The notes below the pieces were generated by a model. It made no database searches and was not told the DNA's origin. It worked only from the letters and a program-made list of their open reading frames with translations. Below are positions 56,236 to 64,000 of a DNA stretch of 64,000 nucleotides, in pieces. Position 1 is the stretch's first letter. Each line of letters begins with the position of its first letter. Location: IMG/VR virus record IMGVR_UViG_3300018428_005148, positions 1 through 64,000 of that record; one strand, 5' to 3'. The translations under genes and the position numbers were made by a program. Source of the DNA: a virus.

Positions 56236-57627
56236 TTAAGCCTCCCTTACGAACCAGAAGTCTCCGTTGTCACCGTCACCTGATGTTGGTGCGGAAGTCG
56301 AAACTGTTTTTGCTGATCCGCCCCACAAGTCACCAAATGTTACCACGGCACCTATGGTCGGTACGTTTTGGTTGGTTGTGTCACCTTCGGAAATAGTGCC
56401 CACTGCTCCCAAAGTTGCTGTCGTAACTTTGACATTTCCTGAAGCGTTTGTTTTCAATACTTTTTCTTTTGATGCGTCGCCATCTGCAACGGCGTCCGCT
56501 AATCTTATGATCGGAGAGTATGATTGGTTCTCACCAGCACTCCATCTGTTCTCGCTTACGTCATAGAACAATCTAGCATCATCTGTGTCTGACGTCTCAA
56601 CTATCATACCGGCATCCACTTCGGAGTTTCCGTTGTTCAGTTTGATGAATGCGTCATCGTAAGTGCTGACCACCGAAGAAGCCGTGTTATACTCACCTGT
56701 AATGTTGAGGTTACCTGTGATTGTGACATCACCTGTGATGTCAATACCGCCATCGGCACCTGTCAACTGTAAAGGTGTTTTGGTCACACCTCCATCATTG
56801 ACTGTAAATTTTAGATCCTTGTCTTGTGACGTCTGAGCAACTGTCACGTCATTGCTTGAAACCGATATTGTTAATTCCTGTGCGTCACCAATTCTTATAC
56901 CTGTATCTGTATCAACAGTAATTTGTCCTGTTGTTGTGTCCGCCGCATCGGCCCTTAAGAAGTTTCCGCCTGCTATAACTGTCGGTGATGTGTTCGATGT
57001 GCTGGAAACATCTATGTTTGCGGCCTGTGTATTTGTTCCTTCGAACACTGCTCCCAGTGTCGAGTTAAGTGTAAATCCTGCTTTGATTTCTGCGAATCCT
57101 GTCTGTGTCGCTGTTGGTGTGAACGTCTCTTTACTCAAGATAGCCACACGTGTGTTGCCCACGTACATTGATGATACTACCTTGTTGCCACCTGAACTGG
57201 CCAGTGTCTCTATCTTCCATCCAGACAGTGTCTGGCCCGAAGTGTAAACTGGTCCAACCAAAAGCCATTCACTGCCGGTGTAGACATAGACTTGATCGTC
57301 GTCTGTGTCTAACCATTGGTCCCCTGCTGACGGAGATGTTGGTTGTGATGACTGTGCTTTGGAACCTCCAGTTGGTTTGAAACTGGTTCCGTCATAAACT
57401 TTGAGTTGGTTTGTGTTTGTGTCGAACCACAGCTCACCTTCGAGCGGTGCTGTGGGTGCCGATGTTGAAGCGGCGTTTTCTAATAATTTCACAAGGTTTT
57501 CGTTCAGTAACTCACCAAAACCTGAATAACTTTTTCCAAAAAGTGTTAAAGTTGTTGTATTGTCAATAGTTCCATCCGTGATTGTTGCAACTACTGTACC
57601 GTCTGTTTTGTTGATTGTGTACGCCAT
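56236..57627 (-). CDS. Tail fibre protein
   Basis: Same N-terminal anchor as 52975 and 57637; C-terminal SAPTSGDGDNGDFWF; TAAATA 6 nt upstream. Confidence 0.72.
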   Translation of the reverse strand: MAYTINKTDGTVVATITDGTIDNTTTLTLFGKSYSGFGELLNENLVKLLENAASTSAPTAPLEGELWFDTNTNQLKVYDGTSFKPTGGSKAQSSQPTSPSAGDQWLDTDDDQVYVYTGSEWLLVGPVYTSGQTLSGWKIETLASSGGNKVVSSMYVGNTRVAILSKETFTPTATQTGFAEIKAGFTLNSTLGAVFEGTNTQAANIDVSSTSNTSPTVIAGGNFLRADAADTTTGQITVDTDTGIRIGDAQELTISVSSNDVTVAQTSQDKDLKFTVNDGGVTKTPLQLTGADGGIDITGDVTITGNLNITGEYNTASSVVSTYDDAFIKLNNGNSEVDAGMIVETSDTDDARLFYDVSENRWSAGENQSYSPIIRLADAVADGDASKEKVLKTNASGNVKVTTATLGAVGTISEGDTTNQNVPTIGAVVTFGDLWGGSAKTVSTSAPTSGDGDNGDFWFVREA

Positions 57628-57636
57628 TTGCTATAT

Positions 57637-59145
57637 TTAGCACCTTCCCACTACAATGTTAATTGTGCCTATTTCGTCAGAATTGTAGTCTTCTAGTGCT
57701 TTTCCTATCACCTCTCCCACTTGTGGATCATGCGTTTTCTTAGCAACCCCGTTGTACGTAGGATGAGAAGAAAGCATGTCACCTTTGTTAATCATGCCGA
57801 CCACCTTGCACTTGACTTTTCCCATAAGTGCCACAGGCAGTCCATCTGCTTTGTTGTTCATAAGATATGCAGGGCTTTCACTTATAACTCCTGCTACAGT
57901 TTTGTCATTCCCTGTAGTAGATATCGTGATTTCCTTGCTACCCCCAAAAACAACGACCGTGCCGGCCTCGTATTCATCGTCTGATTCATATATCTCAGCC
58001 AAGTCAGCGTACTGTGCCGATGTTGCTTTGGCGTAAACAGTGTTGTAGCCTTTGAGAGACGTACCTATGTCATATGATACGTCAGCGTCAGGTTCAATTT
58101 CTTGTGTTACGAGTTTATCAGAAAGTGTCAACGTGCCCATTGTGTTTGCCCCAGAGCTTGTAACGTTTCCCGTCAAGTTGCCTGTGACGTCACCTGTGAT
58201 GTCTCCTGTGAATGCTGTGGCAGTTACCGTGCCACTTACTTGCAGTTTTGTAGAAGGAGTAGTTGTGCCTATACCGACCCTAGACTCCGAACCATCAATG
58301 GTCATCACTGTGGTTGTTGAGCCACCGTCATTAACTTTGAAAGTGATATCAGTGTCTTGTGTCACATTTGAAATTATACCACCTGTAGCATCTACAGTTA
58401 TTGTGATATCGCTATCAGTGCCTACCGTGACTCCGCTGTCATTGATTATACCCAAAGTGCCTGAAGTGGTGTCATTGGCGTTGGACCTCAGATAATTTGC
58501 CGCGGCTACGCCTCCCAACTGATCAGAATCTGTTGCCGTGCCTTGGAACTTGAGATCACTTATTGCTGTTGACAGTGTGATTCCTTTTTTTATACTGGCA
58601 AAACCAGATATCGAAACCTTTGGTGTGAAAGTGTCTTCTGATATGATTGCAATCAAGTTTCCATCATTGAAAAGTTTTGTTATATTCTGTGTCGCGTCAG
58701 ACGAGTCAAGTATGCTGTCAAAGGTGAATCCATTGGTTGTTCCAGTCGACGATGGTGGACCAACTAATATAGAACTCGATCCATTGTAAAAATAAAGTTG
58801 TCCTGTGTCAGAGTCAATCCATAAATCACCCTGTGTAATCGCCGCCGGCGCCGTTGACTGGTAAGGCACGTTACCACCAGATGGTACAAACGAAGAGCCT
58901 GTGTAGACTTTCAACCGGTTGGCACTGCTGTCATACCACAACTGTCCTTGCACTGGTTTGGAAGGCGCAGACGTGTTTGAAAAATTTTCAAGTAGATGTA
59001 AAAAGTTCTCTGCAATCAGTTCTCCATAACCTGCGTAGCCTTTACCTATGAAACTTAGGTCAGTTTGTGTGTTTACCACTCCGTCCTGCACAGAGTATTG
59101 ATTTGGCGATGATGATGTATTTGTTTTGTTTACTGTGTATGCCAT
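57637..59145 (-). CDS. Tail fibre/spike with a C-terminal intramolecular chaperone
   Basis: Shared N-terminal anchor; RVGIGTTTP; AQYADLAE..GVIS..PAY..LMGKVKCK. Confidence 0.75.
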   Translation of the reverse strand: MAYTVNKTNTSSSPNQYSVQDGVVNTQTDLSFIGKGYAGYGELIAENFLHLLENFSNTSAPSKPVQGQLWYDSSANRLKVYTGSSFVPSGGNVPYQSTAPAAITQGDLWIDSDTGQLYFYNGSSSILVGPPSSTGTTNGFTFDSILDSSDATQNITKLFNDGNLIAIISEDTFTPKVSISGFASIKKGITLSTAISDLKFQGTATDSDQLGGVAAANYLRSNANDTTSGTLGIINDSGVTVGTDSDITITVDATGGIISNVTQDTDITFKVNDGGSTTTVMTIDGSESRVGIGTTTPSTKLQVSGTVTATAFTGDITGDVTGNLTGNVTSSGANTMGTLTLSDKLVTQEIEPDADVSYDIGTSLKGYNTVYAKATSAQYADLAEIYESDDEYEAGTVVVFGGSKEITISTTGNDKTVAGVISESPAYLMNNKADGLPVALMGKVKCKVVGMINKGDMLSSHPTYNGVAKKTHDPQVGEVIGKALEDYNSDEIGTINIVVGRC

Positions 59146-59148
59146 CTA

Positions 59149-59877
59149 TTAGTATCCTGTATTGCCACCTGACGTAGTTCCGCTAACAGTGTTAGAAGTT
59201 GTCAGAGATGTGCCACTTGTTTCTGTGAACGTTGTCAAGCTCTGGATTCTCACTGTGTAATCTATCTGTATCAGCCTATTCAAAGATTTCTGTACAGGAT
59301 GGAATATAACATGTGTTAGCAATTTGTTGGTCGACCCGTTTTCGGTCCCTTCCCAACTTTTTAATCCCAACTCATCAAACACGTAGTCGCCATTAAAGTT
59401 CGTGGTGTTGTCAAATGCTTCTTGGCCTGTTGGCTCTCCGTAATCCAAAGTACACGTGCAGACAATGTCAGTGTATTTGTTTCCTGCTGTGTGCCTGATC
59501 TCCATTTTGTTCCTGGTTGTGTCTTTGTTGGTTGCTGAATTGTCATCTATGACTTTGTAGTAAGTTTGATTGTAGAGCGTGGCATTTGAACCTGTTGAAT
59601 TTGGGGTCAAATATGTAATGATACCTGTTGGATCAACCGAAGTTCCGCCGTTACCGAATGCCATTTCATGCACAAAGCCAGTGCTTTTGTTGGCCAGCGA
59701 ATTGGCTAGTGCCTGAGACATGTTTTCGTAGTGTATGGCGTTTCTCTTGTCCACTAACACCTCACCGGTCTCTGGGTCAAAAATCTTGATGTGTCCGGTC
59801 ATCATTACTCCTGAATTTTCCTGAGGCTTTTTATTGTTCTCTTCTTTTGATTCTGTCTGTTTGTTGTCCTGTGTCAT
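59149..59877 (-). CDS. Baseplate/tail-fibre attachment protein
   Basis: FGNGG, VFDELGL, LLTHVIFHPVQKSLNR motifs; TAAATA (59889-59884) 6 nt upstream. Confidence 0.6.
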   Translation of the reverse strand: MTQDNKQTESKEENNKKPQENSGVMMTGHIKIFDPETGEVLVDKRNAIHYENMSQALANSLANKSTGFVHEMAFGNGGTSVDPTGIITYLTPNSTGSNATLYNQTYYKVIDDNSATNKDTTRNKMEIRHTAGNKYTDIVCTCTLDYGEPTGQEAFDNTTNFNGDYVFDELGLKSWEGTENGSTNKLLTHVIFHPVQKSLNRLIQIDYTVRIQSLTTFTETSGTSLTTSNTVSGTTSGGNTGY

Positions 59878-59886
59878 CTAGTGTAT

Positions 59887-62800
59887 TTATTCAGGTGCAT
59901 TTGTGGGCTCATCCGCTATGAATCTAGCCTGTTGAGTGGTAGATTTCTGCAATCCTTTACCATCAGCAGGATTACCATCCTTGGCCGTGTACCATACCTG
60001 TCCTCTCTTGTGTAATATTTTGATCTGTGTGCCAGAAGCAGGAGCACTCGTCAAAGTCACTGCCTGGGTACTGCCATCCACAGAATAGTTGATTGTAGAT
60101 CCGTCCTCGCTGGTGAGCAACAATCGTTGGCCACCAATGAATATGTCTAACTCGCCAGCAGAAGACGGTGCTTGTGATAGAGCAAACACCACAGTACTTC
60201 CATCACCCGTGAAGGTGTTGGTGTACACAGTGTCCGCGTAAGGGATGGTTTGAGTACCAGATGCGTCTACCACTTCAGCACCTGATCCATGCGCCTTAAT
60301 TCCTGTTCCCAACGTACCACGTCTAAGTTGACCCAGCACGTTGCCTGTTTTTGTAAAGTATTCTATTCTTTCCTTGTCTATGAAAATCACTCCTGGAGTG
60401 TTATTTCCAATGCTCGGGGTCGCCAAGACCGAACCATCTCTGACGGTTATGGTCTGTGAGCCTTCCGTGACCACATTGGCTATTTCAGTCGTTGCATTTT
60501 TACTGATACGTTTATAGAAAGTTCTGTTCAGCATGTCTTTGAAAATCCTGAAACCTGTGGCACCTTTGGCCGACTCCAGGGCGAAATACATAACATCCAA
60601 CCTGTCACTGGATGTGATAGTTTTACCCACAATAGTAATTTTTGTGTCATCAGAAGTGAAGTGAGGCGTCACTGTGTAGTCCACGCCCTGTGTTATCTGT
60701 TCCCCGTTCAACCATACCCACATGTACGATGCATTGAGTGGAGCGAACCTCAGATAGAACTCGCCACTAGGTTGTCCTTCCAGCACTTCTCTTCTCTGTT
60801 TCATTCCCAGTGCATTGTTGAAGGTGGTAACAGACAGCACATCATTCGTGTTCAGAGTGTATCCGTCAGTGGCTATCTGAGAAGGCTTGAGAATTACATC
60901 TGTGCCTTGGTTGTAATAATGATTGTCAACCAGCGTTGATATGCATATAACATCTGTTGCAGTAGGCACACTGTCTGTGTTGAAGTTTACATTTTGATTG
61001 CCTATATCTACCGTGTAATGGGTGTTTAAATTTTTCTCAACACCATTCACAAAAACTTGCACCTGCAAAGCCGACGTGATTGTTTTTGCTGGGTCCACCG
61101 TTGACTCATCTCCTAGACCGGATGCAACCCCGTATGTGTATGTGCTTCCATCTCCAACGTAATACGTGTTGTCAGGCCCTCGAAGTACCTTGCCGTTTAC
61201 TTCTATCATTGTAAGTCCTGAGAATGGACCAATAGAACCAGGCGGATAGGTCAAAGTGTATCTTGTGGTGGATCCATCATAGGTTATCCCCTCATTTCTA
61301 ATGCTGGCATGGCTTCTAGTTGTAGTGGCCGATTTGTTGTAGCCTGCGACCTGTATGAAAGAATCCGCGGGGGGTACAGTGGTAAACGTTACTGTCACAG
61401 TGTTGGCCGATATGCTGGTAGTAAAGTCTGTTGTTGGAACGCCGTCTATTGTTATGTATATTTCGGAAGATGTTGAATCTAAATTGAATTCACCCCTAGT
61501 GGAGGTCAAGAAAGTGGTGGTACTGCCATCACCTGTGTAGGTATCAAGCACTCGATAATTTTCTCCAGATATGGCAAATACCTTAGTAGATATTACAGAA
61601 AGGTTAGCCGGAGCAGTGTCAAAAGTGATTGTTTTGGCCCCAACGTCGATCGTGTAATCTGAAATTGTAGAATCTAAGGCACTGCCTTTCTGTATCACTC
61701 CGTCCACGGCAACTGTAACCGATCCTAGTGTGCCTGGGTAATCTCCTAGTGCAAATGTTGTTTCTGTTCCATCTCCCCTATAGTTTTTCTCAGTGATGAG
61801 TGGCACGCCGGATTCAGGAGAAGTGTACACCTTGATGTCTACTGTATCGAACATCTGTCCAGGTACGGCCTCTTCAGGCGCATAACTGGTGTCGGGAGTC
61901 ACAAAACCATCACCTTCTAAAAGTATGTCACTAGGTGCGTGACCTATCGCAGAAGTGAATAGACCACCCTTGACTATGGAATCGAGAGTCCTGTCGTCCG
62001 TTGGCGTCAGCACACCGTCGTCGTCGAATGGAATAAATTCAACAAGGTGTCCACTCGCAGGTGCTGTGGAAAGCGTGAATGTAGTCGTTGAACCATCACC
62101 CCTGAAACTGTCGGCGGTTTTGGTCCTTACGCCGTCTGTTTTTGTGTAAACTTGATATACGTCTGTGCTTGAAGGTGCAGTAGAGAATGTGAATGCCACT
62201 GTTGATCCGTCTCCTACAAATGTCACCACACGTGATCCACCGTAGTTGTCCCATGCAAAATCATACCATCCTGCGTTGTCCCATCCTGCCTCCTGATTGA
62301 ACAGCAACCCAGTAACCATTGTTCCACCGTAATCAACTCCTGTCATCAATTGTGACAGCTCATTGCCTGCCATTCCAGACGAAGGCGTGTAGAAACCTTT
62401 AGTTCTATCTGCCGCAGTAAGACCTGTTTCGTCACCATAGTACTTGTAAACATTTCCTAAATTGTCATCGAAATCTGTGGTCGACGTGAAGGCGCTGGTA
62501 GCCTTGTACAACTCGTTGTTGTACCTGATTAAATCTTGGTATGCGTAACTTTTATTTTTTTCCCAATCAACGACTGTGGACGTGGCACTAATCCTGTCAA
62601 ACTTAATTGTCGTGTCAAAGTCTCTGACCAGGTCATTGTTCAAGTTGGCGTATGCCTTGGCAGTGTCTGTTGGAGTAGAGCCGTCCTTCTTCCCTCCCGT
62701 GATCAACACCACAGGCGTTGAAGTGTAGTTGGCTCCTTTAGTGTTAAGCGTAATCTTGTTGACTGCTCCGTTCTGAATTGTGGCCGTGGCTGTGGCCGCT

Positions 62801-64000
62801 GTTGTGGACGGAGTCACATACATTTTGAATGTGCCTGATTTGGTAGACTGCGCCTCCATCGTCGAAGACGCTGGACCGTAAAAAGTTCCCGCGTAGTTCA
62901 CAAATGTGTAACTCTTGGTGCTCCCTGCTCCGCTGTTCTGCGTGTCATATATTTCCGCCTGCTTCTGTGAAGTGAACAAAGGATAGTAGTAACCAAAAGA
63001 CCCGCTGGTGCTACCAGAACTGCTTGTGGCTTGTATCTGGAATGGACCTGTTGAACCAACCGTGCCTCCTAGCACCGTGACAGTTGGTGCAACTTCGTAC
63101 CCACTACCACCCGAGGTAAGTGTGATATCGCTCACATACTTCTTGTGATAGTCATTCCACATCTGCCATGGGTACTCTGTAAGTTTTGCTGTGTCACTGT
63201 TCACATTCAACGACCTAATCTTGCCTGTCGCGCTGTCATAGAACGCCGGGGCATCAAAGTCGGTGAATATGCCGTCTTGTGTCTCCAATGACGTGTAACC
63301 CAACTTGTATTCTCTGAGCTTGGTGTGGAATGGTTTAACTTCGTTGATATAGCTCTCTATCCAATTGTCGGTGCCCAAGGTATAGGTCTTTCTTTGGTCC
63401 AACTCACGCACACTGTTACTTGCATTGATGAAACTGGTTTTAAACATCCAATCGACATAGGTCTGCTGTTCTAGAACTTTTCTCAGACCCGTGAAGAAAA
63501 GTGTGTTGTATTCAATTGCAAGATCGTTGATGAAAAGGTCATCCCTCAGCGCAGTCAATATATTCCTTGTCTCTGCAGAAGGCTCCTCGTCAAAACTGTT
63601 GTCGTCAAAGTTGTCCGCCCCAGCGAACCCTGTTGCGTCTTGTGAGTAGTCATATAGTTTAGTGCTGATCCTTATTGTGCCGTTTTCGGTACCAACGTTC
63701 TCCCACGACGTTGCAGTCTTCATGAACAACTTCCATCCACCTGTGTCTGCATTGGTCACTTTCACATGCTTTCCTATGTCAAGGTCCAGCGTGTCTAGTT
63801 CATATTGGTATGTGACCTGTGCGTCTATCACTGTGTTTTCATCATGGACCATGTCACCATCGCTCTTGTACCAGTCTATGTAACTCCAGAATCTGTCTGT
63901 TTTGAAACTCTGCACCTTGGTCCTGGTGAACTCTGTGCCATCCCATGAGTAAATAGCCCATAACCCATCACAGGTTTCGTCCGCCTTAACCAAATATTTC
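59887..64000 (-). CDS. Large baseplate wedge/structural protein (5'-partial)
   Basis: Frame open to the window edge; YINEVKPFHTK, GGSGY..AP.V and about 7 GDGST-type beta-domain repeats. Confidence 0.7.
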   Translation of the reverse strand, partial: KYLVKADETCDGLWAIYSWDGTEFTRTKVQSFKTDRFWSYIDWYKSDGDMVHDENTVIDAQVTYQYELDTLDLDIGKHVKVTNADTGGWKLFMKTATSWENVGTENGTIRISTKLYDYSQDATGFAGADNFDDNSFDEEPSAETRNILTALRDDLFINDLAIEYNTLFFTGLRKVLEQQTYVDWMFKTSFINASNSVRELDQRKTYTLGTDNWIESYINEVKPFHTKLREYKLGYTSLETQDGIFTDFDAPAFYDSATGKIRSLNVNSDTAKLTEYPWQMWNDYHKKYVSDITLTSGGSGYEVAPTVTVLGGTVGSTGPFQIQATSSSGSTSGSFGYYYPLFTSQKQAEIYDTQNSGAGSTKSYTFVNYAGTFYGPASSTMEAQSTKSGTFKMYVTPSTTAATATATIQNGAVNKITLNTKGANYTSTPVVLITGGKKDGSTPTDTAKAYANLNNDLVRDFDTTIKFDRISATSTVVDWEKNKSYAYQDLIRYNNELYKATSAFTSTTDFDDNLGNVYKYYGDETGLTAADRTKGFYTPSSGMAGNELSQLMTGVDYGGTMVTGLLFNQEAGWDNAGWYDFAWDNYGGSRVVTFVGDGSTVAFTFSTAPSSTDVYQVYTKTDGVRTKTADSFRGDGSTTTFTLSTAPASGHLVEFIPFDDDGVLTPTDDRTLDSIVKGGLFTSAIGHAPSDILLEGDGFVTPDTSYAPEEAVPGQMFDTVDIKVYTSPESGVPLITEKNYRGDGTETTFALGDYPGTLGSVTVAVDGVIQKGSALDSTISDYTIDVGAKTITFDTAPANLSVISTKVFAISGENYRVLDTYTGDGSTTTFLTSTRGEFNLDSTSSEIYITIDGVPTTDFTTSISANTVTVTFTTVPPADSFIQVAGYNKSATTTRSHASIRNEGITYDGSTTRYTLTYPPGSIGPFSGLTMIEVNGKVLRGPDNTYYVGDGSTYTYGVASGLGDESTVDPAKTITSALQVQVFVNGVEKNLNTHYTVDIGNQNVNFNTDSVPTATDVICISTLVDNHYYNQGTDVILKPSQIATDGYTLNTNDVLSVTTFNNALGMKQRREVLEGQPSGEFYLRFAPLNASYMWVWLNGEQITQGVDYTVTPHFTSDDTKITIVGKTITSSDRLDVMYFALESAKGATGFRIFKDMLNRTFYKRISKNATTEIANVVTEGSQTITVRDGSVLATPSIGNNTPGVIFIDKERIEYFTKTGNVLGQLRRGTLGTGIKAHGSGAEVVDASGTQTIPYADTVYTNTFTGDGSTVVFALSQAPSSAGELDIFIGGQRLLLTSEDGSTINYSVDGSTQAVTLTSAPASGTQIKILHKRGQVWYTAKDGNPADGKGLQKSTTQQARFIADEPTNAPE

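Noticed and set aside
1-64000. Numerous short antisense and out-of-frame ORFs in the track; tRNA, rRNA, CRISPR and IS elements
   Set aside because: Shadow ORFs overlap well-supported genes and lack motifs. Intergenic gaps are under about 90 nt and show no cloverleaf, array or transposase.

Overview
A gene-dense segment of a large dsDNA tailed bacteriophage of T4-like (myovirus-type) organisation. A marine/aquatic proteobacterial host is a guess only. The + strand arm (1-33587) carries putative head-internal proteins, DsbA-like protein, family B DNA polymerase and a probable sliding clamp. It continues with a dispersed 7-deazaguanine DNA-modification locus: a DpdA/TGT-like transglycosylase, a QueD-like protein with the LxxxHRHxF motif reported for DpdL, FolE, QueE and YhhQ, with no QueC or canonical QueD visible. 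That locus is interleaved with a GT-B glycosyltransferase, GalE, GuaC and a purine PRTase. Also on this arm are peroxiredoxin, a SET-domain protein, a symporter plus acyl-CoA ligase island, an RNase H/FEN nuclease and a MoxR-VWA pair. The - strand arm (33580-64000) carries baseplate and tail-fibre genes followed by an ~18 kb translationally coupled tailoring cluster. That cluster has four glycosyltransferase-like genes, five tandem radical SAM paralogs, SGNH-like, GNAT/MCD-like and carbamoyltransferase genes, an SDR epimerase, two DegT aminotransferases (one split by an in-frame TAA) and a DesII-like radical SAM enzyme. At DNA level, many sigma70-type promoters and TAAATA late-promoter boxes lie only 5-7 nt before start codons that lack a Shine-Dalgarno, suggesting widespread leaderless mRNAs. 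No rRNA, tRNA, CRISPR array or transposase was recognised. All calls come from motif recognition by eye, without database searches.
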